The notes beneath the pieces were generated by a model that was not told the origin of the DNA, searched no databases, and saw only the letters and a list, made by a program, of their open reading frames with translations. This document shows, piece after piece, positions 36,964 through 46,619 of a stretch of DNA of 54,114 bases; position 1 is the stretch's first letter, and the number at the start of each line of letters is the position of its first letter. The DNA comes from a virus (Duplodnaviria; Caudoviricetes), in the IMG/VR virus record IMGVR_UViG_3300025012_000112, positions 1 to 54,114 of that record; one strand, given 5' to 3'. The position numbers and the translations under genes were made by a program.

Positions 36964-39354
36964 TTACCTTTCCACCTTGACCTCGCACTCGCAATTATAG
37001 TGGAACGGGGGTAATGTGTATAGAGAGAACCCATCTAATGCGATGCGGTCCTTGTGGCCACACTTCACGCACCGGGAGAAGTGCTGGATGACAAGAGCCT
37101 GTTCTCCCACGGCATACGCGGCGTATCCGTAACCGAAGTTCCTTGCGTGATAATATTCGGTTTTGGCCTTGGCTTCAACCAGGTACGTGAGGGATTCGAA
37201 AACGCCCTGTGTAAGCTCAACGGCCTCTTCCCGATGCGTCGCTTTCGATACTGACGCGACAATCCTCTGGTAAATCAGTTTCGTATATTGCTGCCAGTCG
37301 GTTGCATAGTGATCCAGGAGTTCCGACACTCGGGATTCCGCGTTGTCTGGATCGATACCGTTGAGTTTCGTGTCGTCTATGCACTGCCTCATTCCGGTTT
37401 CGAACTGGCCGCGGAGGTGGCCCTCCATGACCCCTCTGATTGCATCTTCAAAAGCGCCGAAGATTATGGAGGCCTCCCCAAGATTAAAGTGGTCGGCGTC
37501 CTTGGAATAGCGCGACTGTACCATTCCAACGATACCGGTCCGCATGTGGTTGAACTCGCGCTGAATGGCCACGTTGAATTCTTCGTAGCCATTCTTCGAT
37601 ATTCGTTCGTTGTATGCCACGTCCAGCATGGCCGCCATCAGAGACTGGACCTCATCATAAGACCCGCCCATCCCCCGGATATGCTGTACCAGGATTTTGA
37701 AGAAGGACCTTATATCGGTCATGCCGCCCAGTTCCACCGAGCCCTCAGACCCTTTGGTTTTTTTGGTTGTAGTGCCGTGCTGATTGCTTGGTTTGTTGGG
37801 ATTGGCCGGCGCCTTGGCCTTGCCGCCGCCCGCTGGTTTTGCAGCCCCGGCGGGCTTGTTCGGGTCCGGTGGATTCGCTTGTGCCGTTGATGGCGCCCCG
37901 GCATTCTTGAGCGCATTTTTGGCATCCTGGGTGTAGGGCTCATCAATTGCTTGAATGATAGCCAGCGGTACCTTAATCAGGTTCAAATAACTGTCATCAT
38001 TATCCTCTTCCGTCCACTCGTCGTACCCCATGCGCTCACGAGCTTCCGCCCGCGTCGTGAGGAAGTTGGTGAATTTCTGTATCTCCTGGTTGTAAATAAC
38101 GGTCTTGGTGTCCACGTCCGGGTCGGTAAACTCGATCCATGCGGTCGCTTCCTCGTCATAGACATCGAACCCTGCTTCGAGAAGAAGCTCGTTGATAATC
38201 AGCTCGTTGAAGAACGCCGCAAAGTCCTTGTGGTACCCCCGGACGCGATCCATGAACTCGCTGACCATGGACGTGGCGGTTGACCTGTTCGCAGTATCAC
38301 CTCGCCCCATCTGGGTCTGCGAAGTACCCAATCCAGTAAACACCCGGTTCTCGAAGTACTGCAGATACTCAATGGCATCGACGCCCGAGGCCGCGCCATG
38401 CACTGTGATCTTCTGGTCTCCCGGGATGACGTAGATGCCGGATACCGGCCCGGCCTCCACCTGCTGCACCGTCTCCTCGATGTCCGGCCCCTGGCCTGGG
38501 TTTGCTTCCGTGCCGACTTGCCACGTGACCACGGGGTCCGCAAACAAGTGGACCATCTCGACAACGTACCCCTCGATCTCTCGGAGGGTCTTGACGTCGG
38601 GGATGGTTGGCAACACGAATGGGGTTCCGAAGACTTCGCCCTCTTCACGGTCTTTGTAAAAGTGTACCATGTTGCGGGGCTGGATCAGGACCTTATTGGG
38701 CTCTCCACCTTTTGAGGTTTGCAGATTACCGGGACCGACTGTCTGCAACTGTGGCATGAATTCGTTTACTGTTTGCAACCACATCAATATTTCATTGCCC
38801 ACGCGCTTGCGCGCCACACTGACCGTGGGCGCGGCAATCTTGAAGTATGCGGAGATTGGCTGCTTATCCGTGATTCCACGGAGAGTCATCCCCGGGAGGG
38901 ACTCCCCGTCGTCCAGCCGGCCCTTAATAAGGAATACGTTATGGTATTTGATAAAGTCCGCGGCGCATTCGCCAAAGAAGATACTCAGCGGCTTCCCGGT
39001 CATCGTGGCCATGTATGCCAGCCGGCGCCGCAAGTACTTCACGGCTTTTGGGTTGCCCTTAATAACGTATCCTTCCTTCGTGAATACGTCGCAATGCCTG
39101 TTAATGCTGCGACGGACAAAGGAGTCCACTTCACATGCTATTCGTACTTCGTTGAGGTCAAATAGGGGAGCTTCATATATCCGGCCGCCATTAAACGATC
39201 CTCCCTGGCCGGGTGAATAGGAAAGGCCCGACTTCTTTATGCGCCGGGGCTTGCCCTTTACATTGTTGCTCATCAGGTCCGGGGCGCGTGGGGCTTCCGT
39301 TCTCGACGGATTGATAAAAGCCCGCATTCTCCGGCTGAGCGTCGTCTTTTCCAT
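36964..39354 (-). CDS. Portal protein fused to a MuF-like head morphogenesis domain
   Basis: Portal-like N-terminal ~480 aa (MVHF...FGTPFVLP), a P/A/K linker, then C-terminal KTEYYHARNFG...CVKC...LPPFHYNCEC. Confidence 0.8.
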   Translation of the reverse strand: MEKTTLSRRMRAFINPSRTEAPRAPDLMSNNVKGKPRRIKKSGLSYSPGQGGSFNGGRIYEAPLFDLNEVRIACEVDSFVRRSINRHCDVFTKEGYVIKGNPKAVKYLRRRLAYMATMTGKPLSIFFGECAADFIKYHNVFLIKGRLDDGESLPGMTLRGITDKQPISAYFKIAAPTVSVARKRVGNEILMWLQTVNEFMPQLQTVGPGNLQTSKGGEPNKVLIQPRNMVHFYKDREEGEVFGTPFVLPTIPDVKTLREIEGYVVEMVHLFADPVVTWQVGTEANPGQGPDIEETVQQVEAGPVSGIYVIPGDQKITVHGAASGVDAIEYLQYFENRVFTGLGTSQTQMGRGDTANRSTATSMVSEFMDRVRGYHKDFAAFFNELIINELLLEAGFDVYDEEATAWIEFTDPDVDTKTVIYNQEIQKFTNFLTTRAEARERMGYDEWTEEDNDDSYLNLIKVPLAIIQAIDEPYTQDAKNALKNAGAPSTAQANPPDPNKPAGAAKPAGGGKAKAPANPNKPSNQHGTTTKKTKGSEGSVELGGMTDIRSFFKILVQHIRGMGGSYDEVQSLMAAMLDVAYNERISKNGYEEFNVAIQREFNHMRTGIVGMVQSRYSKDADHFNLGEASIIFGAFEDAIRGVMEGHLRGQFETGMRQCIDDTKLNGIDPDNAESRVSELLDHYATDWQQYTKLIYQRIVASVSKATHREEAVELTQGVFESLTYLVEAKAKTEYYHARNFGYGYAAYAVGEQALVIQHFSRCVKCGHKDRIALDGFSLYTLPPFHYNCECEVKVER

Positions 39355-40857
39355 CTATATCCTTCCGCCGTTGTCTGATGCGCGCTGTGCCGCGGACTGA
39401 AGCACATTCATCAATTGAGACCCGATCCGGTCGAACAACTCCCTCCGGGTGGTGGGATCCAGCAGGGATTCTATATCCACGATCCCTGACGTGAGGGACC
39501 CTTCCGCTTTGTCGGTCAGACTCTCCAGGTGTTTCGCTGCTATGAATTCGTGGATTTTGATCCGCAGCTTTTGTGCGTCGCCGCCCCATTTCTTGAAGAC
39601 CTGTGTGTGTAGGTCTCGCATGAACTGTTTCGTGAGATCGAACTGCATCTGCTTCCTTGCAAAGGCCAGACCCACCCTGGACAGGTTGATGTCGTATGCC
39701 GATAGATGGTAGTAGTCCCGCACCCGCTGGTTCAAATCCGGAGAGGATGCGGACATTCCCTCGAGCAACACTTGAAACATCGGATTGCGGCGGACCATGA
39801 AGTCATCCATTTTCTTGACGATGTCATCTCCATCGTAATCGTACTTGGTCAGCAAATGCTGTATCTTTTGCACCAGCCTGTTGGAATAGCGGGCCGCGAT
39901 TTTGTCCCCGAACATTTTCTCCGCGGCCTGGGGCACGATGCTTCTGGAAAGTGCTGTCACCAAACCTTCCTGAATAACGGCCTCCCTCCGGGAGCTCTCC
40001 GTAAACGCGGCATCGACACTTGCGAAAGCGTCGTCGCGCGCGCTCGGCGGCAGCGTTACAAAACTGGCGGAGAAGTCGAAGGCCTCTTCCTGCGTGGTAA
40101 ACGAAAACACGCTACTTGACTGGGCAATGTCACTGGTCGTTTGAAGGTTTTCCGTTTCGTCCTTGACGATGTCCTTCAAAACGTATTCAGCGGAACCCTC
40201 TATTTTGTCTCGGAACTCCCGCTCGAACTGAAGCTGGGAGACATAATAGTCGGCCTGCTGAATCAGCGACATGTCCGCGCCAGAGTCCATTAACTCCACA
40301 ACGCGACGCTGCATCTTATCCTGTTGTGCTTCCAGGCTGGGGACTTGACTCTGTGTCTTGGAACGGAGCTTCCCGGTTGCAAGAACTTCCAGATCGTGTT
40401 GCAACCGATTCCGTTCTGCAAGGGCTTCCAAACCGCCCGTGGCTCGATACTCGTTCTCTGCTGCCGTGATTCTCTGGGAGAGCACCAGCAGCTTGTTCTC
40501 TAGGTTCTCGTATGCCGGGACCGCAATGTTCGTGAATTGGGCTTCGTCTGGCGGGATTACCGGGATAGTACCCCCCGCTATCCCCACAAACACGGGCGCC
40601 CAGTTTCGTGCGGTCGTGGTTCCAAAGTAGGCGAGATACCGGTCTAACAGGCCCCGGGACCTCTTCTCAACATGATTGTACACCGTGATTTGCGCATTTG
40701 CAAGCCCTATTACACTAATATCTATATCGCGCTGGATTTCCGCATTGGTCCGCGTGGTACTGGACGCGGGAAAGGAGCGGTTGCGCAACCCCACGGGGCG
40801 CATGCCGGTGTCTATCGTGAACATCAACGGCTCCTGGTATTTCGATATCCGCCCCAT
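39355..40857 (-). CDS. Hypothetical helical protein between terminase and portal
   Basis: 500 aa open frame, coiled-coil rich, abuts the portal start. Confidence 0.65.
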   Translation of the reverse strand: MGRISKYQEPLMFTIDTGMRPVGLRNRSFPASSTTRTNAEIQRDIDISVIGLANAQITVYNHVEKRSRGLLDRYLAYFGTTTARNWAPVFVGIAGGTIPVIPPDEAQFTNIAVPAYENLENKLLVLSQRITAAENEYRATGGLEALAERNRLQHDLEVLATGKLRSKTQSQVPSLEAQQDKMQRRVVELMDSGADMSLIQQADYYVSQLQFEREFRDKIEGSAEYVLKDIVKDETENLQTTSDIAQSSSVFSFTTQEEAFDFSASFVTLPPSARDDAFASVDAAFTESSRREAVIQEGLVTALSRSIVPQAAEKMFGDKIAARYSNRLVQKIQHLLTKYDYDGDDIVKKMDDFMVRRNPMFQVLLEGMSASSPDLNQRVRDYYHLSAYDINLSRVGLAFARKQMQFDLTKQFMRDLHTQVFKKWGGDAQKLRIKIHEFIAAKHLESLTDKAEGSLTSGIVDIESLLDPTTRRELFDRIGSQLMNVLQSAAQRASDNGGRI

Positions 40858-42722
40858 GCAGTCCGCGGAGGAGCCGTGCTATAGGAGCGGCGGTTGCGGG
40901 ATGCCGTGCGGGCCAAAGACCTGCGGGCGCCATCCGGCAGATCGTGTATCTGCATAACATCCGGCCGCATCCGCGGGTCCATCTTGGGCATGCGGGCATC
41001 CGTCCACGGATCGATATATGAAGGCCGGGACGGGCTGGCGTTGTATCGGCGCACTACGGAGCCAATGGCACCACGAGGAAAGATAAGCTCATCCATGAAG
41101 TTGGCCACGAGTCCGAACATCGCAAACATCACGGCATCCAGCGCGTGTTCGTTCTTGGATGTGTAGCGCGGCTGGCCACTGATGGCGCTCCGGGCAACCA
41201 CGTGGTAGTTCTCCATTTGTACTTTCAGTTTGATGTCGTACATCGAAGCGAACACGGCCATGCGTTCCGTGAACCGCGACATCATGTTCACGATATATGG
41301 TTTGATCGGCATCTTGGTGAACACGCCCCGTTTGACGGGATCCGGCACCTCGATGGAGTCTCCATAGAACACTGGCTTAACTTTGTCCACGAATGCGCGG
41401 TCGCCAGCATCGTGGCCGCGTTTGTGCAGGGTCTCGATCACCATCTCGCCATACCCGCGGTCCACATAGATGAACCCGCACTTGAATTGCTGGTCCAATT
41501 CCCAGATCGTGTCGGCCAGCTTGGTGAGCGTCAATTCTCCCTTGCGGCCGCGCTGCAACGTCTGCCTGTGCAAGATGAACGCGGCATTCAATTGATCGTT
41601 CCATTCGATGATGGCTATTTCGGGACCCGCGGCGTACTTGTCCACGTCCACTCCCATGACGCGCTTGTTGGTCCGGTAGTTTGGACGAGCGGGGTATTTG
41701 TACGCACTGTAGTTCTTTGATATATTAGCGGAAGCCAGCGCTTCCGGCACACCAAACATGATGTCGAGGTAATACTTTTGGAATACGCCCATGAGCTCCT
41801 CGGGGAACTCAGCGAGTACTTCCGTAATGATTCCGTATTCATCGAAGCCGGCCAGTATTTCTTGCCCAAACGTGATGGGATTACCGTACTGGTCGTAGTC
41901 CATAATATTATCCCAGTGAGGGACCACTGCCGAAGCATAGTGATGGACATTCCACCTGCTGTTATGGTTCCAGTCGTACCACAGCCCGCGTTTGCCACAA
42001 GGGGTGGATGACGCCACCATGCGGATATTGGGGTTACCGATACGGATACCCATAATGGTCCGGAGGTCGTTATCGTCAAGATAGTCCGCTTCGTCCAGGA
42101 TAATAAAGTCGGCGTCCTTGCCACGGGAAGCGCCACCGCTTGCGCCGGACTTGGTCCCGGACGTCATTCCCGTGATGGTGCTGCCGTTGTTGAATCGTAC
42201 TCTGTATGGCGGAGACTTCGTGAGCCGGCCGACACGGGCTGCCATTAGCGTGGAACTTTCTTCTATCATGAAGTTGATTCCGGGCCGGTCCCAAAATATC
42301 TTCTTAACCTGCTCGTCGTATGGGGTTAATATAAGGGTTTTGGAATTCTCATGAGTGAAGGCATGATGCAGGGCCTTGATCATGAGCATCGTGGTTTTAC
42401 CCACCTGCCTGCCGAGCCGCCAAACCTGATAACGGGCGTTGTCCTGTAACAGTTCCTGTTGATACCAGCGCGCCGCGAAAGGGACGATCTTCTTCGACTC
42501 CGGGTCGATCACTTTGATTTCGTGGGCCGCCCACTTGCATGGGTCCACGAGCATTGATAATTCAGTCCGTGTCTTCTCGTCAGGGAACGCCGCGGCAAGC
42601 TCCGGAATGCCATCCCAGTCCGGCTCATAATAGGACATGTCACGGGTAAAGAATTCCGGCGGGGGCGGGATGTGGTGGATCTGTTCCGGGACCATCTCGG
42701 GAGAATATACTTGTTCGTTCAT
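40824..42722 (-). CDS. terL: Terminase large subunit
   Basis: Walker A GRQVGKT, Walker B IILDEAD, ASSTP coupling motif, nuclease MGVDVD and EHALDA. Confidence 0.92.
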   Translation of the reverse strand: MNEQVYSPEMVPEQIHHIPPPPEFFTRDMSYYEPDWDGIPELAAAFPDEKTRTELSMLVDPCKWAAHEIKVIDPESKKIVPFAARWYQQELLQDNARYQVWRLGRQVGKTTMLMIKALHHAFTHENSKTLILTPYDEQVKKIFWDRPGINFMIEESSTLMAARVGRLTKSPPYRVRFNNGSTITGMTSGTKSGASGGASRGKDADFIILDEADYLDDNDLRTIMGIRIGNPNIRMVASSTPCGKRGLWYDWNHNSRWNVHHYASAVVPHWDNIMDYDQYGNPITFGQEILAGFDEYGIITEVLAEFPEELMGVFQKYYLDIMFGVPEALASANISKNYSAYKYPARPNYRTNKRVMGVDVDKYAAGPEIAIIEWNDQLNAAFILHRQTLQRGRKGELTLTKLADTIWELDQQFKCGFIYVDRGYGEMVIETLHKRGHDAGDRAFVDKVKPVFYGDSIEVPDPVKRGVFTKMPIKPYIVNMMSRFTERMAVFASMYDIKLKVQMENYHVVARSAISGQPRYTSKNEHALDAVMFAMFGLVANFMDELIFPRGAIGSVVRRYNASPSRPSYIDPWTDARMPKMDPRMRPDVMQIHDLPDGARRSLARTASRNRRSYSTAPPRTAWGGYRNTRSR

Positions 42723-43249
42723 AAGTAATCGTCCACGCTCCTGCGCATCATCGCCGCTTCGCGCCCAACGGAACTCCGGGCATTCAATATCGACGACTGG
42801 ATAGCGCGTAAAGATTCCTGCCGTCCCGTCAGCAGGCGCTTCTCATTGGTATGGAATACGTCGGAAGTATGGAACCCGATGCGCATGGCCTGCCGTGTCC
42901 GTATGTTGTCGTCGCGAATCTCGTCTTCCATCTTGCCGAAGGCCCACCGGACTCCGGAATACACAAGGAAGTCGACCACCAGCCCCGTGCCTATACCGAC
43001 AACACCCTTGGCGAGCCCGGCGGCGTACCTGGCGAATATCCGCTCCGTGGCCATCTGGGCTCCACGGCCTGCAAACACACCAGTGGCTCCCCCGATTTTG
43101 TGACCGGTGGTTTCTCCGGTTACGAGTTCAACACCAGCCCACGGAAGTAGAGCCGCGCCACCAAGACCATGTACGGCCTGCGCCACGCCTCCGCCGGCGC
43201 CTGAAGCCGCGATCGGCCACTTCGCTGGTGCTGAAAATTGTCCTGGCAT
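42719..43249 (-). CDS. Gly/Ala-rich hypothetical protein with hydrophobic segment
   Basis: SD GAGGT; coupled to terL (ATGA). Confidence 0.6.
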   Translation of the reverse strand: MPGQFSAPAKWPIAASGAGGGVAQAVHGLGGAALLPWAGVELVTGETTGHKIGGATGVFAGRGAQMATERIFARYAAGLAKGVVGIGTGLVVDFLVYSGVRWAFGKMEDEIRDDNIRTRQAMRIGFHTSDVFHTNEKRLLTGRQESLRAIQSSILNARSSVGREAAMMRRSVDDYL

Positions 43250-43260
43250 TCCTTACCTCT

Positions 43261-44226
43261 TTATAAATAGGATCCGCCACGGCCGGAACCGTGCAGGTTG
43301 TGCGCCGCAAAGACCAGATCGCCATCCACGGCGCCGTGTGGCGTGTTCGCCGTGCCTGGATAATTCACATACATCGCCTTGGCCTGTTCGCTTTCGCCGC
43401 CCACTTCAAGGATTCGCTTTTTGCGTCCCGAGGGCGCCGCGAGGGTTAATGCCACGGCCGCGAAGCCTACAGCACCAAGGCCTCCTACAGTAATTCCTCT
43501 TGCAACAGTCCGGCCGAATGTGCCTTTCATAGCCTGCATACGACCCGCCGGATTAACCAGATTGAGGCCACCAGCGCCCCTGAGCTTGCTCAGTTCATGG
43601 ACAACCCCGACCCTCTCTCTTTCCAGGGCACGCCCTCGGCCCATCAATGCCTCTAACTCTGATATTTCTTCAGGAGCCAAATATTGCCCCTTGCGCGCCC
43701 GCCGGTGCAGCGGGTGGTATTCCTTCTGTGTACGTCTAATATCCTCGATGAGACCCTCGTGTTTTTCAGCAAGGCGAGCCACCGCGGGAGCGTCCTCGGC
43801 GATTCCGGCTGCCTGTCCCATTCTGCGCGCCGCCGCAAGTTCCGGATTGAATACTTCAATCGCGGCATTCATATCGCCGCGCATTTGATGAAGGCCCGCC
43901 TCGATCCCTTTTCCAAGTATCTTGAATGGTGCCGCCACAATTGCCGCTGGAGCATCCACTATTATGGCACGCAACGCGCCGCCTATCGGCGTCCTGCCCG
44001 CGGAATGAGTAAGCAACCGGACACCGCCGAATGCGGCGGCCCCGGCTTGGAAAGGCAAAGCGGCGCCGCGGGCCATCAGCGGCAGTCCGATACCACGGGC
44101 CGCCCCGGTAGTCCCCCGGATCAATCTTTTCAGTGGAGCATTGTCCAGCATTTCACGTGAGTGCTGGATGACTTCAACCGCGTCGGTATTGCGGGGGTAT
44201 TTGAACTTGTATGAGTATTCAGGCAA
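43261..44226 (-). CDS. Gly/Ala/Arg-rich hypothetical protein (possible internal virion protein)
   Basis: TTG start immediately after the upstream TAA; hydrophobic GITVGGLGAVGFAAVAL segment. Confidence 0.6.
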   Translation of the reverse strand: MPEYSYKFKYPRNTDAVEVIQHSREMLDNAPLKRLIRGTTGAARGIGLPLMARGAALPFQAGAAAFGGVRLLTHSAGRTPIGGALRAIIVDAPAAIVAAPFKILGKGIEAGLHQMRGDMNAAIEVFNPELAAARRMGQAAGIAEDAPAVARLAEKHEGLIEDIRRTQKEYHPLHRRARKGQYLAPEEISELEALMGRGRALERERVGVVHELSKLRGAGGLNLVNPAGRMQAMKGTFGRTVARGITVGGLGAVGFAAVALTLAAPSGRKKRILEVGGESEQAKAMYVNYPGTANTPHGAVDGDLVFAAHNLHGSGRGGSYL

Positions 44227-44790
44227 TTACAGCCACCTTGCCGTTCCCATTAAGTGATGGTTCTGTTTATCAGCAGTCTGGAGCGCCTCGACAGTAGCCC
44301 GTGAGGCCTTCATCATCTGGCGCTTCCTCTCTTTCGACATCCTCTGGTTGATTTCCCCAATAACATCGGCCCGGTTCTGGGCCGCCGACTGTTCCAGTGA
44401 CCGGAGGTTCACATGCGGCAATTCCGCTATTTGTCTCCTCAGGTCCTGGGGCGTCGAGATTCCGCTCCGGGTCAGGCCGCCCGCCATCGCGCGCTGCCGG
44501 ATCCCCGGAACTTGGGCCGCCGAGAACTCCGCCGTGTTGATCAGTTGCCGGGCCTGCAGGTCGATTGTCGTGTTCAGATGGGACTCTCCCTGCAACAGAA
44601 ACATCGAGGCAATTGCCCTGGACCTCCCCGGGACTGCGCCATGGGGAGGGCTGAACCCGCTTTGCATCGATGATATCATCGGATGCATTAATCCTTGGGG
44701 CTCCAATCTCAATCGTGCGGGGACGGCCCGGGCTATCGGCGATATCATTCGCGCCATCTCCAAAGGAGCCAAAAACCTTCTGCGAAGCAT
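44227..44790 (-). CDS. Hypothetical protein overlapping the TerS 3' end
   Basis: SD GGGGAGGA before ATG 44790; its stop abuts the next gene's start. Confidence 0.55.
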   Translation of the reverse strand: MLRRRFLAPLEMARMISPIARAVPARLRLEPQGLMHPMISSMQSGFSPPHGAVPGRSRAIASMFLLQGESHLNTTIDLQARQLINTAEFSAAQVPGIRQRAMAGGLTRSGISTPQDLRRQIAELPHVNLRSLEQSAAQNRADVIGEINQRMSKERKRQMMKASRATVEALQTADKQNHHLMGTARWL

Positions 44791-45415
44791 GGCGATCCTC
44801 CCCAAGTTGGCGCTTACGCGCGGACATGATGTCGGCGAACACACGGACCAGTTCCGCGGCGTACGAACTCGGGTCTTTTTGGACTGTGGACCCAATCGCG
44901 GCGCGGGCTTTCGGGGTGAGGCCCAACTGCTCCATGAGCCGCACCTTTTTGTCCACCAGCGTCCGCCACTCCACGAGCTTTGCAGTGGCTTCAGGCTTTG
45001 AGATGATCGTACCCGACCCCTTGTCGAAGCCTATGGACACGAGTTCGATGACGGCGCCGTCAATGGACAATATCCGTTCGCACCGCATCTTTTCCAGTTC
45101 GAGCCCGACCAGGTCCCGCAACAAACACATCATGGACCAATTCGCCCCGTCCGGACAGACCTCGCCTTTATACCCGTCGAACATGCGTCTCAAGAACACT
45201 ACTTCGACCGGGCAGTTGTCGCCGACGGGCGGGGACGCTACCGCCCCCGTCTCACAGAACGGGCACGTGTCCTCGTACAGGCAGCTATTTTTGCCAGTGC
45301 ACCGCATGATCGCGGTGCCGCCCAACAAGAAGTCGGCATCCTCGTTACCGAGGGTGCGTTCCATCTCCTGTATTTGGACGCTCAGGTAGCTTGGCGGCTT
45401 TGTTAATGTCGACAA
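44270..45415 (-). CDS. Probable terminase small subunit (Cys-rich N-terminus, long disordered tail)
   Basis: SD GGAGG, 9 nt, TTG 45415. CTGKNSCLYEDTCPFC...CPVE, a helical core and QLGLTPKARA (TerS-like LGLTP motif). First large gene of the late operon. Confidence 0.6.
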   Translation of the reverse strand: MSTLTKPPSYLSVQIQEMERTLGNEDADFLLGGTAIMRCTGKNSCLYEDTCPFCETGAVASPPVGDNCPVEVVFLRRMFDGYKGEVCPDGANWSMMCLLRDLVGLELEKMRCERILSIDGAVIELVSIGFDKGSGTIISKPEATAKLVEWRTLVDKKVRLMEQLGLTPKARAAIGSTVQKDPSSYAAELVRVFADIMSARKRQLGEDRHASQKVFGSFGDGANDIADSPGRPRTIEIGAPRINASDDIIDAKRVQPSPWRSPGEVQGNCLDVSVAGRVPSEHDNRPAGPATDQHGGVLGGPSSGDPAARDGGRPDPERNLDAPGPEETNSGIAACEPPVTGTVGGPEPGRCYWGNQPEDVEREEAPDDEGLTGYCRGAPDC

Positions 45416-45545
45416 TGCCGAAAACCTCCGGGAACAATATCTGGGCGAGACACCTTCTGCAGGCGGGTGGACAATCAGGCATCCAGACACGGTCCGGATA
45501 GGCCACCGCCGCAACAGGTAACAATAATGTCACATTTGCTTCCAT
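45345..45545 (-). CDS. Possible leaderless 66-aa ORF at the head of the late transcript
   Basis: ATG lies 6 nt after the TATAAT box; CxxxCxxC motif. Confidence 0.4.
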   Translation of the reverse strand: MEANVTLLLPVAAVAYPDRVWMPDCPPACRRCLAQILFPEVFGIVDINKAAKLPERPNTGDGTHPR

Positions 45546-45551
45546 ACCTGC

Positions 45552-45581
45552 ATTATAGATGCGCCTCAGCCAAATAGTCAA
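45552..45581 (-). promoter_or_regulatory. Leftward sigma70-type promoter for the morphogenesis operon
   Basis: TTGACT-18 nt-TATAAT. Confidence 0.75.
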
Positions 45582-45595
45582 CCAATCATACAATA

Positions 45596-45625
45596 TTGAC
45601 TATGTTCACCTATTTGTGCTATCCT
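45596..45625 (+). promoter_or_regulatory. Rightward promoter for the endolysin
   Basis: TTGACT-18 nt-TATCCT with an extended TGn. Confidence 0.65.
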
Positions 45626-45657
45626 TTCCGTACAATCCAAAACAGAGGAGGAACTCG

Positions 45658-46551
45658 ATGTCAACGACAAACCGAACGTATGTGGTGGCGGCGGGGGACA
45701 CACTAACCGCCATCATAAAGAAGTTCTATGGCGGCTTCAGCGAAGATATCCTGAAGTCCGTGAGTGCCGCCAGTAAAATCAGCGACCCGAGCAAATTGAA
45801 GGTGGGGCAGCTCGTCACGATGCCCGGCCGGTGGACGGACCCGCCCGCGGTCGTCGAAGTCGCTCACACAAACGCTGAAATCACGCAGCTCGTCACCAAG
45901 ACGGAGCCGGGGACCGGCCCGCGGAGCGGCGAGCCCGCGCACATTGATGTGAATCTGCCCAAGGGCGACTACTGGCAGGAAGTGGTCAAGAAGACCCTGG
46001 TGGTGCTTCACTTCACAGCCGGCTACACCGCCGACAGCGCCATCGCCACGTTCAAGCAGCCAGGCCGCGTGGCCACGGCATACGTGGTGGGCCGGGATGG
46101 CAAAATCTACCAGTTGTTCGACCCGAAATACTGGTCGTACCACCTGGGCCAAAAAGACTACAACAACAACTGGAATAACGACAGACGGAGCATCGGGATC
46201 GAGATCGTCAACATCGGTCCCGTGTGGCTGAAGAACGGCAAGTGGTACGACTACGTCCACAAAGAATGGCCGGCGGACCAAATCGATATCAAGCCGAACA
46301 AGGACGCCGGCGGCACGGTGAAGTTCACGCCACAGCAGGTAGCCGCTACCTTCAATCTGGTGGACTGGCTGATGACAGCCAACACGGGGATTTCGCGCAA
46401 GGTGTGGCCGGGCGACAAAACACAGTACGCGCTCCCGGCCGTGAACTCGTTCAACGGCATCACGACGCACCAGCAGTTCCGCCGGGACAAGTACGACCTC
46501 GGCCCGGGTTGGCCGTGGGCGCGGATGGTCACGGATCTGCGTTTGCAGTGA
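45658..46551 (+). CDS. Endolysin: LysM plus N-acetylmuramoyl-L-alanine amidase (Amidase_2)
   Basis: SD GAGGAGG. LysM YVVAAGDTL...KLKVGQLVTMP. Amidase motifs VLHFTAG, SIGIEIV, TTHQQF and KYDLGP. Confidence 0.88.
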   Translation: MSTTNRTYVVAAGDTLTAIIKKFYGGFSEDILKSVSAASKISDPSKLKVGQLVTMPGRWTDPPAVVEVAHTNAEITQLVTKTEPGTGPRSGEPAHIDVNLPKGDYWQEVVKKTLVVLHFTAGYTADSAIATFKQPGRVATAYVVGRDGKIYQLFDPKYWSYHLGQKDYNNNWNNDRRSIGIEIVNIGPVWLKNGKWYDYVHKEWPADQIDIKPNKDAGGTVKFTPQQVAATFNLVDWLMTANTGISRKVWPGDKTQYALPAVNSFNGITTHQQFRRDKYDLGPGWPWARMVTDLRLQ

Positions 46552-46586
46552 TTCTCCGCGGAAGTGGTGTTTCCGTGGGGAAGCGG

Positions 46587-46616
46587 TTGACAACCGCGCC
46601 TACGGTCGCCTATACT
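46587..46616 (+). promoter_or_regulatory. Promoter with palindromic operator over the -35
   Basis: TTGACA-18 nt-TATACT; GCGGTTG-A-CAACCGC at 46583-46597. Confidence 0.75.
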
Positions 46617-46619
46617 AAG

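Noticed and set aside
40824-42722. Intein in the terminase or other long genes
   Set aside because: I saw no C/S...HN-C/S/T splice motifs or LAGLIDADG blocks; the extra length is in terminal extensions.
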